A stretch of 64,000 nt of DNA from an uncultured Legionellales bacterium (GTDB taxonomy: Bacteria; Pseudomonadota; Gammaproteobacteria; Eutrophobiales; Eutrophobiaceae): positions 8,897 through 72,896 of the forward strand of contig CAJWRJ010000001.1 in the NCBI GenBank assembly GCA_913046215.1, given 5' to 3'. A program made the position numbers and the translations under genes. Below are positions 39,933 through 53,301 of the stretch, in pieces. A model generated the notes under the pieces. That model was given only the letters and a program-made list of their open reading frames with translations. It was not told the origin of the DNA and did no database searches. The first letter of the stretch is position 1. Each line of letters opens with the position of its first letter.

Positions 39933-40316
39933 ATGACAGTTTCACGTGATGAAATAAAAGAGGCATTAGGAAAGATGCCAGTTCTTGATTTAGTCGAGTT
40001 AATTAAAGAACTTGAGGATGAGTGGGGTGTATCAGCCGCAGCTCCTGTTGCTGTTGCAGCTGCTCCTGCGGCAGGAGGTGAAGCCGCTGGGGCAGAAGAC
40101 GCGCAAACCGAATTTGATGTTATCTTGTCAAGTATGGGTGACAACAAAGTTGGTGTTATTAAAGCAGTTAGAGCTGTGACAGGTCTTGGGCTTAAAGAGG
40201 CAAAAGAACTTGTTGAAGGGGCGCCTTCGACCGTCAAAGAGGCGGCAAGTAAAGAAGAGGCAGAGGATATTAAAAAGCAGCTTGAAGAAGCTGGCGCATC
40301 AGCTGAACTAAAATAG
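39933..40316 (+). CDS. rplL: 50S ribosomal protein L7/L12
   Basis: [32 protein letters not shown]. Confidence 0.98.
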   Translation: MTVSRDEIKEALGKMPVLDLVELIKELEDEWGVSAAAPVAVAAAPAAGGEAAGAEDAQTEFDVILSSMGDNKVGVIKAVRAVTGLGLKEAKELVEGAPSTVKEAASKEEAEDIKKQLEEAGASAELK

Positions 40317-40423
40317 TTTTAATTGTTGAAGCATAACAAATTAAAAAACATAAGAAGGTTCTTATCAGTGCCTGATGTTTTGCTGTGCCTGTTAATATCA
40401 AAGAATACTAACGAGGGAATTTA

Positions 40424-43400
40424 ATGACCTATTCATACACAGAAAAAAAACGTATCCGTAAAGATTTTGGCAAACGACCTAATATACTTGAAGTACCATA
40501 TTTGGTAGAGACTCAGCTCACATCCTTTGGTCAGTTTCTACAAGCTGATGCAAAACCGGAAGATAGAAAAGATAAAGGGTTGCAGGCTGCCTTTAAATCC
40601 GTTTTTCCAATTAAAAGTTTCTCAGGAAATGCTGCATTAGAGTACGTAAGTTACAAACTTGGTAATCCTGTTTTTGATGTTAAAGAATGTCAACTCAGAG
40701 GTTTAACTTATGCAGCATCACTAAGAGTTAGTGTTCGATTGATAATTTATGATAAGGAAGCCGGCCTTAGTAATGAAAAAATCAAAGAAGTGAAAGAGCA
40801 AGAAGTTTATATGGGCGAGATGCCTCTTATGACAAAAACAGGAACTTTTGTCATTAACGGCACTGAACGTGTAATAGTTTCTCAGATGCATCGTTCACCG
40901 GGCGTTTTCTTTGAGCATGATAAAGGTAAAACACATTCATCTGGTAAATTGCTTTATTCGGCAAGAGTCATTCCGTATCGCGGCTCTTGGTTGGATTTTG
41001 AGTTTGATGCAAAAGATCTAGTTTATTGTAGAATCGACAGGAGACGTAAAATTCACGCGACAATTCTGTTGCGTGCTCTAGGCTTCACAACAGAGGAAAT
41101 TCTAGATTTCTTTTTTGAGGCAGATACTTTTGAGATACCTAGTGATGGTGTAAAAGTTGTTGTTGACGAAGAAACTGATGAAATTGAATTCGGAGAAATT
41201 ACATTTAATTTTGTTCCAGAACGTTTACGCGGTCAAACTGCATCTTTCGAAATAAAAAATAAAAGAACTGTGCTTGTTGAAAAAGACAGACGTATTACAG
41301 CTAAGCATATAAAGGAAATTGAGAAGGCAGGATTAACATCCTTATCTATTCCCGCTGATTTCTTGATTGGAAAAGTGATAGCTAAAGATATAATTAATGA
41401 AGAAACTGGTGAAATTGAATACCACGCAAATCATGAAATTACCGAAGAAACGCTTGGAGGCATACTTAGCCTGCCAGGTAGAAAGATAGAAACAATTTAT
41501 ACAAATGATTTGGATCATGGCCCATATATCGCAGACACATTGAGAGATGATTCCACAACCAATCAATTAGAAGCACAGATTGAAATATATCGCATGATGC
41601 GTCCTGGAGAGCCGCCAACAAAGGAAGCTGCGGAAAATTTATTTAAAAATCTTTTTTTTAATCCAGATAGATATGACCTGTCTGCAGTAGGTAGAATGAA
41701 ATTCAATCGTAGGGTTGGATCTAAAGAGCTTACAGGAGAAGGTATTTTATCAAATCAGGATATTGTAGATGTATTAGGAGTTTTAATTGATATAAGAAAT
41801 GGTAAGGGAATAATCGATGACATCGATCATCTTGGTAATCGCCGTATTAGAAGTGTTGGTGAAATGGCAGAAAATCAATTTCGCGTTGGTCTTGTGAGAG
41901 TTGAGCGTGCCGTTAAAGATCGATTAAGTCTTGCCGAATCAGAGGGCTTGCTTCCACAAGAAATTATCAATGCAAAGCCTGTTGCTGCAGTAATTAAGGA
42001 ATTTTTTGGTTCAAGTCAACTATCTCAATTTATGGATCAAAATAATCCGTTATCGGAGATAACCCACAAGAGAAGAATTTCAGCCCTTGGACCTGGAGGA
42101 CTTACTAGAGAACGTGCTGGTTTTGAAGTTCGAGATGTGCATCCAACACATTATGGCCGTGTTTGTCCAATTGAGACGCCGGAAGGACCGAACATTGGGT
42201 TAATTAATTCTTTAGCAGTTTTTGCAAGAACAAATGAGTATGGTTTTCTCGAAACACCATACCGAAAAGTTAATAATGAAAAAGTAACTAATGAAATTGA
42301 ATTTTTATCTGCTATTGAGGAAGGCGATTTTATGATTGCGCAAGCAAGTGCAAACATTGATCAAAATGGTAAATTAATAGATGAACTTGTATCTTGTCGC
42401 TATAAAAACGAATTTACTATGTCAACGCCAGATCAAATTAACTATATGGATGTTTCGCCAAGACAAATAGTATCAGTAGCCGCATCTTTAATTCCATTTT
42501 TAGAGCATGATGATGCAAATCGAGCATTAATGGGCTCTAATATGCAAAGACAAGCTGTACCTACACTGCGTGCAGATAAGCCATTGGTCGGAACAGGCAT
42601 GGAAAGAAGGGTTGCTATTGACTCAGGTGTAACTGTTATTTCAGTTAGAGGCGGCCTTGTAGATTCAGTTGATGCTAGTAGGATTGTAGTACGTGTAAAT
42701 GACAATGAAACTCTTGAAGGTGAACCTGGTGTTGATATTTATAATTTAACAAAGTACACACGCTCCAATCAAAACACATGCATAAATCAAAAACCTTTGG
42801 TGAAGCCTGGAGATAAAATCGAAAAAGGCGATGTCCTGGCTGATGGCCCATCAACAGATATGGGTGAATTAGCATTAGGTCAGAATATGCTTGTGGCTTT
42901 TATGCCGTGGAATGGCTATAACTTTGAAGACTCTATCTTACTATCTGAGAGATTGGTAACAGAAGATCGTTATACAACAATTCATATTGAAGAGTTGCAG
43001 TGCGTTGCTCGTGATACAAAACTAGGTACGGAAGAAATCTCTTCAGATATACCAAATGTAAGCGAAAGCGCATTAAATAAGCTTGATGAATCAGGTATAG
43101 TTTTTATCGGCGCAGAGGTAAATGTTGGTGATATTTTGGTCGGTAAAGTAACTCCAAAAGGCGAGACGCAACTAACTCCAGAGGAAAAATTGTTAAGAGC
43201 TATTTTTGGGGAAAAAGCATCCGATGTTAAAGACACATCACTTCGTGTCCCATCAGGAATGAATGGTACGGTGATCGATGTTCAAGTTTTTACACGCGAC
43301 GGTGTAGAAAAAGATGCACGCGCTCTTGAAATTGAAGAGTCTGAGTTAAATAACATTAGAAAAGACTTAAATGATCAACTTAGAATAATGTCAGATGGAG

Positions 43401-44545
43401 TTTATCAGCGTATTGAGAAATTATTGATAGGAAAAGTTGTGGAAAAAACAATAGTTCCGATGAATGCAGGCGATAAAATTACTCAGGATCGATTAGCAGA
43501 AGTGCCTAGAGAAAAGTGGTTTGAAATAAATATTAAAAATGACGCGGTCAACAAACAACTTGAGCTAGCATCAGAACAACTTGAGATTTTGAAAAAAGAT
43601 TTCGATAGGCAATATAAAGAAAAGGAAGAGAAATTAACATCGGGTGATGATTTGGCTCCGGGTGTTCAAAAAATGGTTAAAGTTTATCTTGCAGTTAAGC
43701 GGCGTATTCAGCCTGGAGATAAAATTGCTGGTCGACATGGCAATAAAGGTGTTATTTCAACAATTGTCCCAGTTGAAGATATGCCATACATGGAAGACGG
43801 TACGCCTGTAGATGTTGTTCTAAATCCATTAGGCGTTCCCTCAAGAATGAATGTCGGCCAGGTTCTAGAAACTCATTTGGGGTGGGCAGCAAAAGGAGTT
43901 GGTCTCAAAATTGGGAAAATGCTGGAACAACACAGTCAAACTGAAGAAATAAGAAATTTTCTAGATAAAGTTTATAACCTTAGTGGAAAATCTGAAGATT
44001 TGAAATCATTATCAGACCAGGAAATCAAGGAATTGGCAACAAACCTAAAAGGAGGAGTGCCTTTAGCGACACCTGTATTTGATGGTGCCAGTGAGGATGA
44101 AATTAAACAGATGTTAAAACTAGCTGGATTGCCAGAGGACGGACAATCTTGGTTATGGGATGGTAGGACTGGTGACCGTTTCGATCGAAAAATTACAGTC
44201 GGTTATATGTACATGCTTAAATTGAATCATTTGATAGACGATAAGATGCATGCTCGCTCAACTGGACCATATAGTTTAGTAACTCAACAACCTCTTGGCG
44301 GCAAAGCTCAGTTTGGTGGTCAGCGTTTCGGTGAAATGGAGGTTTGGGCTCTTGAAGCTTATGGAGCCTCTTATACTTTACAGGAAATGTTAACTGTTAA
44401 ATCAGATGATGTGAGTGGACGGACCAAAATGTATAAAAATATTGTTGATGGAAATCATCATATGGAGGCAGGAATGCCAGAGTCATTTAATGTTCTCGTT
44501 AAAGAAATTCGATCTCTTGGAATTGATATTGAACTTGATACATGA
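40424..44545 (+). CDS. rpoB: RNA polymerase beta subunit
   Basis: [48 protein letters not shown]. Confidence 0.99.
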   Translation: MTYSYTEKKRIRKDFGKRPNILEVPYLVETQLTSFGQFLQADAKPEDRKDKGLQAAFKSVFPIKSFSGNAALEYVSYKLGNPVFDVKECQLRGLTYAASLRVSVRLIIYDKEAGLSNEKIKEVKEQEVYMGEMPLMTKTGTFVINGTERVIVSQMHRSPGVFFEHDKGKTHSSGKLLYSARVIPYRGSWLDFEFDAKDLVYCRIDRRRKIHATILLRALGFTTEEILDFFFEADTFEIPSDGVKVVVDEETDEIEFGEITFNFVPERLRGQTASFEIKNKRTVLVEKDRRITAKHIKEIEKAGLTSLSIPADFLIGKVIAKDIINEETGEIEYHANHEITEETLGGILSLPGRKIETIYTNDLDHGPYIADTLRDDSTTNQLEAQIEIYRMMRPGEPPTKEAAENLFKNLFFNPDRYDLSAVGRMKFNRRVGSKELTGEGILSNQDIVDVLGVLIDIRNGKGIIDDIDHLGNRRIRSVGEMAENQFRVGLVRVERAVKDRLSLAESEGLLPQEIINAKPVAAVIKEFFGSSQLSQFMDQNNPLSEITHKRRISALGPGGLTRERAGFEVRDVHPTHYGRVCPIETPEGPNIGLINSLAVFARTNEYGFLETPYRKVNNEKVTNEIEFLSAIEEGDFMIAQASANIDQNGKLIDELVSCRYKNEFTMSTPDQINYMDVSPRQIVSVAASLIPFLEHDDANRALMGSNMQRQAVPTLRADKPLVGTGMERRVAIDSGVTVISVRGGLVDSVDASRIVVRVNDNETLEGEPGVDIYNLTKYTRSNQNTCINQKPLVKPGDKIEKGDVLADGPSTDMGELALGQNMLVAFMPWNGYNFEDSILLSERLVTEDRYTTIHIEELQCVARDTKLGTEEISSDIPNVSESALNKLDESGIVFIGAEVNVGDILVGKVTPKGETQLTPEEKLLRAIFGEKASDVKDTSLRVPSGMNGTVIDVQVFTRDGVEKDARALEIEESELNNIRKDLNDQLRIMSDGVYQRIEKLLIGKVVEKTIVPMNAGDKITQDRLAEVPREKWFEINIKNDAVNKQLELASEQLEILKKDFDRQYKEKEEKLTSGDDLAPGVQKMVKVYLAVKRRIQPGDKIAGRHGNKGVISTIVPVEDMPYMEDGTPVDVVLNPLGVPSRMNVGQVLETHLGWAAKGVGLKIGKMLEQHSQTEEIRNFLDKVYNLSGKSEDLKSLSDQEIKELATNLKGGVPLATPVFDGASEDEIKQMLKLAGLPEDGQSWLWDGRTGDRFDRKITVGYMYMLKLNHLIDDKMHARSTGPYSLVTQQPLGGKAQFGGQRFGEMEVWALEAYGASYTLQEMLTVKSDDVSGRTKMYKNIVDGNHHMEAGMPESFNVLVKEIRSLGIDIELDT

Positions 44546-44637
44546 TTAATGGCATTGGCCGGTGTTACATAGAATTTAATAATTTATTGATTTTATTTTT
44601 TTGTTAAATACAAAAAAAATTATTTAGGAGGTAACCC

Positions 44638-47600
44638 TTGAAGGACTTACTTAAGCTTTTAAAGCAACAAGGACAAATTGAAGAATTCGATGCAATAACT
44701 ATCGGATTAGCTTCCCCTGAAAAAATTCGTTCGTGGTCTTTCGGAGAAGTAAAAAAACCTGAAACAATTAACTATAGAACTTTTAAACCAGAAAGGGATG
44801 GTCTTTTTTGCGCTAAGATTTTTGGTCCAATCAAAGATTATGAGTGTCTTTGTGGTAAATATAAGAGATTAAAGCACAGAGGGGTAGTGTGTGAAAAATG
44901 TGGTGTCGAGGTAACTCTATCTAAAGTTAGACGCGAACGTATGGGGCATATTGAACTGGCGACACCGATTGCTCATATTTGGTATTTAAAATCTTTACCA
45001 TCCAGAATGGGATTAATGCTTGATATGACATTACGTGAAATTGAAAGGATTCTGTATTTCGAAGCCTATGTCGTTGTTGAGCCTGGAATGACTGATCTTG
45101 AGCGTGGTCAAATGCTAACTGAAGAAAATTATCTTGAGGCGCTAGAAAATTATGGAGATGATTTCGAGGCCAAAATGGGTGCCGAAGCAATTCGTGAATT
45201 GCTTTTATCTATTGATTTAGAGACCGAGGTGCAGGACCTAAGAGAAGAAATTCCAAATACAAATTCAGAGACAAAATTACGAAAATTAACTAAGAGATTA
45301 AAATTACTAGAAGCATTTATGAATTCCGGTAATAAACCAGAGTGGATGGTGATGAAAGTTTTACCAGTGTTGCCACCGGAATTACGGCCTTTAGTACCGT
45401 TAGATGGGGGTCGCTTTGCTACTTCGGATCTAAATGATTTGTATAGACGCGTTATCAATAGAAATAATCGCTTAAAACGTTTACTAGATTTGAATGCTCC
45501 CGACATTATAGTCCGTAATGAAAAACGTATGTTACAAGAGTCTGTAGATGCATTGCTTGATAATGGTAGACGTGGCCGAGCTATTACTGGTACAAACAAA
45601 CTTCCTTTAAAGTCACTTGCCGATATGATCAAAGGTAAGCAAGGACGCTTTAGACAAAATTTATTAGGGAAAAGAGTCGATTACTCGGGTCGTTCCGTAA
45701 TTGTAGTTGGTCCTACATTACGTTTACATCAATGCGGCATACCAAAAAAAATGGCGTTAGAATTATTTAAACCATTTATATTTAGCAAACTAGAAAGACG
45801 TGGTTTAGCTACAACTATCAAGGCTGCAAAAAAATTGGTCGAAAGAGAAGGCCCCGAAGTATGGGATGTTTTGGAAGATGTAATTCGTGAGCACCCGGTT
45901 ATGTTAAATCGTGCTCCAACTTTACATAGGCTTGGAATTCAGGCTTTTGAGCCGGTTTTAATTGAAGGGAAAGCCATACAACTTCATCCATTAGTTTGCA
46001 CAGCTTTTAACGCAGATTTTGACGGAGATCAAATGGCTGTCCATGTTCCATTATCTATTGAAGCTCAGCTTGAAGCTAGAACACTTATGATGTCAACAAA
46101 TAATATTCTATCACCAGCTAATGGTGAGCCTATTATTACTCCAACACAGGATGTTGTTTTGGGATTATATTATTTAACACGTGAGTCTAGCAGAGCAAAA
46201 GGAACAGGTATGAAGTTTGCTGATATAAATGAAGTAGAACGAGCATATCAGTCTCATCCATCTGTACTTGAATTACATGCAAAGATTCAGGTACGTATTC
46301 GCGAAGAAAAAACAGATGAAAACGACGAGAAGGAAATTGTTTACACGCGTTATGAAACTACTGCTGGTCGTGCATTACTCTCGCGAATTTTACCTAAAGG
46401 ATTATCTTTTAATATTATCAATGAAAAAGATGATAGCGGGAAATTTAAACCTCTAGATAAGAAATCAATTTCACAATTGGTTAATACTTGCTATAGAAGA
46501 CTAGGTTTAAAAGAAGCTGTGATTTTCTCTGATAAATTAATGTACACAGGATTTAAATATTCATCATATGCTGGAGTTTCAATTGGCGTTGAAGATATGG
46601 TAGTTCCTGATAATAAAAGCAATATTATTTCCAAAGCTGAAGAAGAAGTTAAGAACTTTCAAGAACAATATTCATCCGGATTAATAACAGATGGCGAACG
46701 TTATAATAAAGTTGTTGATATATGGTCACAAACAAATGATACGGTTGCAAAAGCAATGATGGATAAAATAGGCGAGGAGACCTATTTAGATGATGAGGGT
46801 TTGGAGAAGAAAGAGACTTCTGGAAATTCAATTTACATGATGGCAGATTCCGGTGCTCGTGGTTCCGCAGCACAGATAAGGCAATTAGCTGGAATGCGTG
46901 GGCTTATGGCGAAACCAGATGGCTCTATTATTGAAACACCAATAACAGCTAACTTTCGAGAAGGACTTGATGTTTTGCAATATTTTATTTCAACTCATGG
47001 AGCACGAAAAGGACTTGCTGATACTGCCCTTAAAACAGCCAATTCTGGTTATCTAACCCGTCGTTTAGTTGATGTTGCTCAAGATTTGGTTGTAACAGAG
47101 GAAGACTGCGGCACAACCGAAGGATTAAGTATGAGTCCAATTATTGAGGGTGGGGACGTAATCGAAACCCTTAGGGAAAGAGTTTTGGGAAGAGTATTAG
47201 CAAAAAATGCGGTCACTAGAGATGAGGAGGTTGTTGCTAATGCTGGAACCTTGATTGATGAGGAGCTAGTTGACGAATTTGATAAAAAAGGTATTGATCA
47301 TGTTCTTGTTCGTTCAGCTATAACTTGTGAAACTAGATATGGTATATGTCGCAAATGTTATGGTCGAGATTTAGGTCGTGGACACCTAGTGAATATTGGG
47401 GAGGCAGTTGGAGTTATTGCAGCACAATCAATTGGTGAACCAGGAACACAATTGACGATGCGTACGTTTCATATTGGTGGCGCAGCATCTCGTGCAGCTG
47501 CAGTAAGTAGTATCGAGGTAAAAAATAATGGAATCATTAGTTTGCAAAATGTAAAAATATTAGAGCAAAAAGAGAGTGGAAACAGTATCGTTAATTCACG

Positions 47601-48897
47601 TTCAGGTGAAGTTGCAATTCTAGATGATGCAGGAAGAGAACGAGAGCGATATAAAATTCCATATGGTGCGGTATTAACCGTAAATAATGATGCAAAAGTT
47701 GAATCTGGACAACAAATTGCTTCATGGGACCCTCATACACACCCAGTCATATCCGAAGTTGATGGAGTTGTTTTGTTCTCTGATATTGAAGAAGCAGTAA
47801 CAGTCACACGTTACACAGATGAGATCACTGGGTTAACAGATACTGTTATTATGGATCCCAAACAAAGGCCTATTAATGCAAAAGATATGCGTCCTATAGT
47901 TAAGCTTGTAGATGCCAAGGGGAATGATTTGAAAATTCCCGGAACTGATCATGAAGCACATTATTTGTTACCTCCAAAGGCAATCATTAATGTTAGCAAT
48001 AAAGATAAAATTAATATCGGCGATGTAATTGCACGAATTCCACAAGAATCTTCAAAAACCAGAGACATAACCGGCGGTCTTCCGAGAGTAGCGGATTTGT
48101 TTGAAGCTCGAAAACCTAAGGAGCCAGCTGTTCTAGCAGAAATTAGCGGAACAATTAGTTACGGTAAGGAAACAAAAGGTAAAGAACGAATAGTAATAAC
48201 CGGTCAAGATGAGGAAGTTCACGAAGAATTAATTCCTAAGTGGAGACATATTAGCGTGTTTGAAGGCGAGCATGTAGAAAAAGGTGAAAGCATAGTTGAT
48301 GGGCCACCTGCACCACATGACATTTTGAAGCTTAAAGGAGTAAAAGCTTTGTCTAACTTTATAAGCAGTGAAATTCAAGATGTTTATCGTCTGCAAGGCG
48401 TTAAGATAAATGATAAGCATATCGAAATCATTGTTAGACAAATGCTTCGAAAGGCAGAAATAGCAGAATCGGGAGATAGTACTTTTCTAAAAGGTGAGCA
48501 ATTAGAGCGCACAAGGGTTTTGGAGGAAAATGAAAGACTTCAGGCAGATGGAAAAGAACCAGCAAAGTGGGATCCCATATTACTGGGCATTACCAAGGCT
48601 TCATTATTAACTGAATCATTTATTTCAGCAGCATCATTTCAGGAAACAACTAGAGTTCTGACCGAGGCTAGTGTTAATGGCAAACGTGACCAATTACGAG
48701 GTTTAAAGGAGAATGTAATAGTTGGGCGTCTGATACCGGCAGGTTCTGGACTCGCTCATCATGCAGAAATGCATGAAAAGCAGGCTCTTGAAGAGGAAGA
48801 ATCAGAAGATTCAGCGGAAAATTTAGACTCTTTAGAGATTGAAATAGGGCCAACTGAATCAGATAACGAATCTGCGGAGGGCATAAATACGACTTAA
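44638..48897 (+). CDS. rpoC: RNA polymerase beta' subunit
   Basis: TTG start after AGGAGG; zinc finger, [23 protein letters not shown]. Confidence 0.99.
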   Translation: MKDLLKLLKQQGQIEEFDAITIGLASPEKIRSWSFGEVKKPETINYRTFKPERDGLFCAKIFGPIKDYECLCGKYKRLKHRGVVCEKCGVEVTLSKVRRERMGHIELATPIAHIWYLKSLPSRMGLMLDMTLREIERILYFEAYVVVEPGMTDLERGQMLTEENYLEALENYGDDFEAKMGAEAIRELLLSIDLETEVQDLREEIPNTNSETKLRKLTKRLKLLEAFMNSGNKPEWMVMKVLPVLPPELRPLVPLDGGRFATSDLNDLYRRVINRNNRLKRLLDLNAPDIIVRNEKRMLQESVDALLDNGRRGRAITGTNKLPLKSLADMIKGKQGRFRQNLLGKRVDYSGRSVIVVGPTLRLHQCGIPKKMALELFKPFIFSKLERRGLATTIKAAKKLVEREGPEVWDVLEDVIREHPVMLNRAPTLHRLGIQAFEPVLIEGKAIQLHPLVCTAFNADFDGDQMAVHVPLSIEAQLEARTLMMSTNNILSPANGEPIITPTQDVVLGLYYLTRESSRAKGTGMKFADINEVERAYQSHPSVLELHAKIQVRIREEKTDENDEKEIVYTRYETTAGRALLSRILPKGLSFNIINEKDDSGKFKPLDKKSISQLVNTCYRRLGLKEAVIFSDKLMYTGFKYSSYAGVSIGVEDMVVPDNKSNIISKAEEEVKNFQEQYSSGLITDGERYNKVVDIWSQTNDTVAKAMMDKIGEETYLDDEGLEKKETSGNSIYMMADSGARGSAAQIRQLAGMRGLMAKPDGSIIETPITANFREGLDVLQYFISTHGARKGLADTALKTANSGYLTRRLVDVAQDLVVTEEDCGTTEGLSMSPIIEGGDVIETLRERVLGRVLAKNAVTRDEEVVANAGTLIDEELVDEFDKKGIDHVLVRSAITCETRYGICRKCYGRDLGRGHLVNIGEAVGVIAAQSIGEPGTQLTMRTFHIGGAASRAAAVSSIEVKNNGIISLQNVKILEQKESGNSIVNSRSGEVAILDDAGRERERYKIPYGAVLTVNNDAKVESGQQIASWDPHTHPVISEVDGVVLFSDIEEAVTVTRYTDEITGLTDTVIMDPKQRPINAKDMRPIVKLVDAKGNDLKIPGTDHEAHYLLPPKAIINVSNKDKINIGDVIARIPQESSKTRDITGGLPRVADLFEARKPKEPAVLAEISGTISYGKETKGKERIVITGQDEEVHEELIPKWRHISVFEGEHVEKGESIVDGPPAPHDILKLKGVKALSNFISSEIQDVYRLQGVKINDKHIEIIVRQMLRKAEIAESGDSTFLKGEQLERTRVLEENERLQADGKEPAKWDPILLGITKASLLTESFISAASFQETTRVLTEASVNGKRDQLRGLKENVIVGRLIPAGSGLAHHAEMHEKQALEEEESEDSAENLDSLEIEIGPTESDNESAEGINTT

Positions 48898-48919
48898 TAT
48901 TGTTAAGTATTTAATCCTC

Positions 48920-48957
48920 TTGACATTATAGTTAGCGAAGACATAAAATCTCGCCTC
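48920..48957 (+). promoter_or_regulatory. Sigma70 promoter for the rpsL (str) operon
   Basis: TTGACA (48920-25), 18-nt spacer, TAAAAT (48944-49), C-rich discriminator CTCGCCTC. Confidence 0.65.
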
Positions 48958-48960
48958 TTC

Positions 48961-49153
48961 AACAGACAAGGATCTGTTTCCTAGTCTGTTGTTTTGCTTT
49001 AAGTACTTGAAAAATAACAATTTTTTTAAAAAATTGTATACAAGCCAGACTTGTACCTCAGGGATATCCGAAGAATTTTCGACGTATGTCCGCACTGATA
49101 TTACAAAGCATACATATATATGTATGTTCAGTTCGGATAAACGAGGTAGTCTG
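48961..49153 (+). promoter_or_regulatory. Putative structured RNA leader of rpsL
   Basis: Hairpin at 48961-48990 and a nested multi-stem at 49046-49153 with an 18-bp palindromic apex. Confidence 0.5.
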
Positions 49154-49186
49154 CGCGTTTAATAAATTGATATATATAGGTTTTTT

Positions 49187-49561
49187 ATGACAACTATAAA
49201 CCAATTAGTTCGAAAACCACGGAAACGGCAACATGCAAAAAGTAATGTTCCCGCTTTGGATGCTTGTCCTCAAAAACGTGGCGTATGTACCCGTGTTTAT
49301 ACAACAACACCTAAGAAACCAAACTCTGCATTAAGGAAAGTAGCGCGTGTCAGGCTCACGAATGGACAAGAAGTAACAACATATATTGGTGGTGAAGGAC
49401 ATAATCTCCAAGAACACTCTGTAATTATGATAAGAGGTGGTCGTGTAAAGGATTTACCAGGTGTTCGTTACCATACAGTTCGAGGAACTCTCGATACATC
49501 AGGTGTTAGCGATAGACGGCGTGGTAGGTCGAAATATGGCGCAAAGAAACCGAAATCATAA
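49187..49561 (+). CDS. rpsL: 30S ribosomal protein S12
   Basis: [26 protein letters not shown]. Confidence 0.99.
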   Translation: MTTINQLVRKPRKRQHAKSNVPALDACPQKRGVCTRVYTTTPKKPNSALRKVARVRLTNGQEVTTYIGGEGHNLQEHSVIMIRGGRVKDLPGVRYHTVRGTLDTSGVSDRRRGRSKYGAKKPKS

Positions 49562-49619
49562 GTGGTCGGGTAATAAACAATAGTATTACAAGAAATATAA
49601 AACAGGATTAACTTACAAA

Positions 49620-50090
49620 ATGTCAAGAAGAAGAGTTGCTGAAAAAACAACAATACTTCCAGATCCGAAATACGGAGATATGGTTTTGGCAAAATTTATA
49701 AATATAATCATGCGAAGCGGCAAGAAATCAATAGCTGAAAAAATTGTATACGGCGCACTTAATGAAATTAATAATAAAGGTAATTCGGAGCCACTCGAAA
49801 TTTTTAATAAGGCACTTGAAAATATAAGACCAGTTGTTGAAGTAAAATCACGTCGTGTAGGTGGAGCAACTTATCAGATTCCTGTTGAAGTAAAAACATC
49901 AAGAAGTATGACATTGGCAATGCGCTGGGTTGTTGATGCTGCAAAAAATCGTAATGAAAAAGATATGGGGTCGCGTTTAGCTGGAGAATTAATGGATGCC
50001 TCAGAAAATCGCGGTACAGCAATAAAAAAACGTGAAGATACTCATCGAATGGCAGAAGCTAACAAAGCATTTTCACATTATCGTTGGTAA
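49620..50090 (+). CDS. rpsG: 30S ribosomal protein S7
   Basis: [29 protein letters not shown]. Confidence 0.99.
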   Translation: MSRRRVAEKTTILPDPKYGDMVLAKFINIIMRSGKKSIAEKIVYGALNEINNKGNSEPLEIFNKALENIRPVVEVKSRRVGGATYQIPVEVKTSRSMTLAMRWVVDAAKNRNEKDMGSRLAGELMDASENRGTAIKKREDTHRMAEANKAFSHYRW

Positions 50091-50119
50091 ACGGAAAATT
50101 AAATAAAAAAGCTAGCATC

Positions 50120-52219
50120 ATGGTAAGAAACACAACAATTGAACACTACAGGAATATCGGAATTATGGCTCACATTGATGCTGGCAAGACAACCACAACA
50201 GAGCGAGTATTATTTTATACAGGTGTTTCACATAAGATTGGTGAAGTTCATGATGGTGCTGCAACAATGGATTGGATGGAACAGGAGCAAGAAAGAGGAA
50301 TCACAATAACATCTGCAGCAACAACCTGTTTTTGGAAGGGGACGGCATCACAGTTTCCGGAACATCGTATAAATATTATTGATACTCCAGGACATGTTGA
50401 TTTCACGATAGAAGTCGAACGTTCGTTGCGTGTGTTGGATGGAACCTGTGCAGTATTTTGTGCTGTTGGTGGAGTTGAACCTCAATCTGAAACCGTTTGG
50501 CGTCAAGCAAATAAGTATTCAGTACCACGAATTGCTTTTGTTAACAAAATGGATCGTGCCGGAGCTAATTTTTTAAGAGTTGTTGGGCAGATTAAAGATC
50601 GTCTTAATTCGAATGCTGTCACTATGCAATTGCCAATTGGCGCTGAAGAAAAATTTGAGGGTGTTATAGATCTTGTAAAAATGAAAGCGATTTATTGGGA
50701 AGAAGAAAATATGGGAATTAAATTTGAAGAAAAAGATATTCCCGAAAAGATGAAAGATACTGCAGAAGAACATCACGAAAATATCATAGAGACAGCAGCA
50801 GAAGCAAATGAAGTATTAATGGAAGCATACTTAGAAATCGGCGGTTTAACTGAAGAACAAATCAAAGAAGGAATAAGACAGCAAACATTAGCAAATGAGA
50901 TTGTTCCAGTATTTTGTGGTTCCGCATTTAAAAACAAAGGTATCCAAACAATGCTTGATGCAATAATTGAGTATCTCCCATCCCCAGTTGATGTTCCTCC
51001 AATTAAGGGAATTCTAAACGACAAAAACGAATCAGAGGGAGAAAGAAAATCATCGGATGATGATCCATTTGCAGCATTAGCTTTTAAAATAGCAACCGAT
51101 CCTTTCGTTGGAACTTTGACATTTTTCAGGGTTTATTCGGGAGTGCTCAAGTCTGGAGATACAGTTTACAATCCAGTAAAAGCAAAAAAAGAGAGAGTGG
51201 GTAGAATTTTACAGATGCATGCAAATAGTCGCGAGGAGTTAAAGGAAGTTCGTGCCGGAGATATAGCTGCAGCAGTTGGATTAAAGGATATTGTGACAGG
51301 CGATACACTGTGTGATCAAAATAATATTATTACATTAGAAAGAATGGAGTTTCCTGATCCTGTTATATCTGTTGCTGTTGAGCCAAAAACTAAACCCGAT
51401 CAAGAAAAAATGGGAATAGCATTAGGTAAATTAGCACAAGAGGATCCATCTTTTAGAGTTCACACAGATGAAGAATCAGGACAAACTATTATTTCTGGAA
51501 TGGGTGAGCTACATCTTGAAATTATTGTTGATCGTTTAAAGCGCGAGTTTAAAGTTGAAGCTAATGTCGGGAAGCCTCAAGTCGCATATAGAGAAACTAT
51601 CAGAAAAACACTTGAAAAAGTCGAAGGTAAGTTTGTTAGACAATCTGGTGGAAGAGGTCAATATGGTCACGTTGTATTCAAAATTGAACCAAGGAATCCT
51701 GGAGAGGGTTTTGAATTTGTAAATGAAATTGTAGGGGGTGTTATTCCAAAAGAATATATTCCCGCAGTAGAAAAAGGTGTTGTTGAGCAAATGGAAAATG
51801 GAATTATTGCTGGATTTCCTGTAGTTGATGTAAGAGTTACTTTACATGACGGTTCTTACCATGATGTAGATTCAAGTGAAATGGCATTTAAGATAGCCGG
51901 ATCGATGGGTTTTAAAGAAGGAGCCAGTAAAGCAAAACCCGTTTTACTAGAACCAGTTATGAAAGTCGAAATTGTAACGCCTGAAGAGTATTTAGGAACA
52001 GTTAATGGAGATTTAAATAGGCGACGTGGAATTTTGCAAGGTACAGAAGAAACTCCAGCAGGCAAAGTAATACGTGCCGAAGTACCACTTAGTGAGATGT
52101 TTGGATATGCAACAGATCTTCGTTCGGCAACACAAGGTCGAGCAGTCTACACAATGGAATTTGAAAAATATAATGAAGTGCCCGCAAATATTGCTGAAAG
52201 TATTACAAGTAAAAACTAA
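50120..52219 (+). CDS. fusA: Elongation factor G
   Basis: [31 protein letters not shown]; ATG at 50120. Confidence 0.99.
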   Translation: MVRNTTIEHYRNIGIMAHIDAGKTTTTERVLFYTGVSHKIGEVHDGAATMDWMEQEQERGITITSAATTCFWKGTASQFPEHRINIIDTPGHVDFTIEVERSLRVLDGTCAVFCAVGGVEPQSETVWRQANKYSVPRIAFVNKMDRAGANFLRVVGQIKDRLNSNAVTMQLPIGAEEKFEGVIDLVKMKAIYWEEENMGIKFEEKDIPEKMKDTAEEHHENIIETAAEANEVLMEAYLEIGGLTEEQIKEGIRQQTLANEIVPVFCGSAFKNKGIQTMLDAIIEYLPSPVDVPPIKGILNDKNESEGERKSSDDDPFAALAFKIATDPFVGTLTFFRVYSGVLKSGDTVYNPVKAKKERVGRILQMHANSREELKEVRAGDIAAAVGLKDIVTGDTLCDQNNIITLERMEFPDPVISVAVEPKTKPDQEKMGIALGKLAQEDPSFRVHTDEESGQTIISGMGELHLEIIVDRLKREFKVEANVGKPQVAYRETIRKTLEKVEGKFVRQSGGRGQYGHVVFKIEPRNPGEGFEFVNEIVGGVIPKEYIPAVEKGVVEQMENGIIAGFPVVDVRVTLHDGSYHDVDSSEMAFKIAGSMGFKEGASKAKPVLLEPVMKVEIVTPEEYLGTVNGDLNRRRGILQGTEETPAGKVIRAEVPLSEMFGYATDLRSATQGRAVYTMEFEKYNEVPANIAESITSKN

Positions 52220-52251
52220 ACAATTAACATAAAAATATCCGAGAATTAAAA

Positions 52252-52566
52252 ATGGCCGAACAACAAAGAATTAGAATACGTCTCAAAGCATTTGATCATC
52301 GTTTGATAGATCAGTCTACAAAGGAGATTGTCGAAACGGCTCAGCGAACTGGTGCTCAGATAAAGGGTCCAATTCCACTACCAACAAAAAAAGAACGTTT
52401 TACCGTTTTAATATCGCCACATGTTAATAAGGATGCCCGTGATCAGTATGAGATTCGAACACATAAACGACTAATGGATATCATAAATCCGACAGATAAA
52501 ACTGTAGACGCATTAATGAAACTTGATTTAGCTGCTGGTGTTGATGTTCAAATTAAACTTAATTAG
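52252..52566 (+). CDS. rpsJ: 30S ribosomal protein S10
   Basis: [30 protein letters not shown]. Confidence 0.99.
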   Translation: MAEQQRIRIRLKAFDHRLIDQSTKEIVETAQRTGAQIKGPIPLPTKKERFTVLISPHVNKDARDQYEIRTHKRLMDIINPTDKTVDALMKLDLAAGVDVQIKLN

Positions 52567-52583
52567 AAAAATAAATTGAAAAT

Positions 52584-53288
52584 ATGATGACAATTGGAAT
52601 AGTAGGGAAAAAATGTGGGATGACTCGTCTTTTTACAGATGATGGTTTATCTATTCCTGTAACTGTGGTGGAGGCGACACCAAATCTCGTTACCAGTTTA
52701 TTAACAGAAGAAGACAAAGGTTATAGTGCAGTTCAAGTCTCATGGGGAACAAAAAAATCTACCTCAATGACAAAATCTGAGGCAGGAAACTATAAAAAAG
52801 CAAATATTGATACTGGTGAAGGATTTTTAGAATATAGAGTAACTCCAGAGGAACTAGAACAGTATTCACTCGGTGGTGCAATAAAAGTTGATATTTTTAA
52901 AACAGGGCAAAAAGTTGATGTTACGGGTACATCTAAAGGTAAAGGTTTTTCGGGAGCAATAAAACGACATAATTTTAGTCACCAACGTAATAGTCATGGA
53001 AATTCAATTTCACATCGAGCTCCAGGCTCAATTGGTCAGTGTCAAACACCCGGCAGAGTTTTTAAAGGAAAAAAAATGGCTGGACACCTCGGAAATACAA
53101 GAAGGACCTCACAAAATCTTGAAATTGTACAGATCGATAATGAACGTAATTTGTTATTAATTAAGGGAGCAGTACCTGCTAGTAAAGGTGGTAGGGTTAT
53201 TATCAAACCATCGATAAAGTTTTTGAGTAATCCGGAAAAACAATTTGCAAAAACAAAAGCCGAAACAAAAGCTGATACAAAAGAATAA
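52584..53288 (+). CDS. rplC: 50S ribosomal protein L3
   Basis: [38 protein letters not shown]. Confidence 0.98.
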   Translation: MMTIGIVGKKCGMTRLFTDDGLSIPVTVVEATPNLVTSLLTEEDKGYSAVQVSWGTKKSTSMTKSEAGNYKKANIDTGEGFLEYRVTPEELEQYSLGGAIKVDIFKTGQKVDVTGTSKGKGFSGAIKRHNFSHQRNSHGNSISHRAPGSIGQCQTPGRVFKGKKMAGHLGNTRRTSQNLEIVQIDNERNLLLIKGAVPASKGGRVIIKPSIKFLSNPEKQFAKTKAETKADTKE

Positions 53289-53301
53289 AAAGGTTAAAAA
53301 T

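Noticed and set aside
42001-42215. Rifampicin-resistance changes in rpoB; streptomycin-resistance changes in rpsL
   Set aside because: The RRDR reads as wild type ([26 protein letters not shown]), and the S12 PKKPNS and RVKDLPG motifs are wild type.
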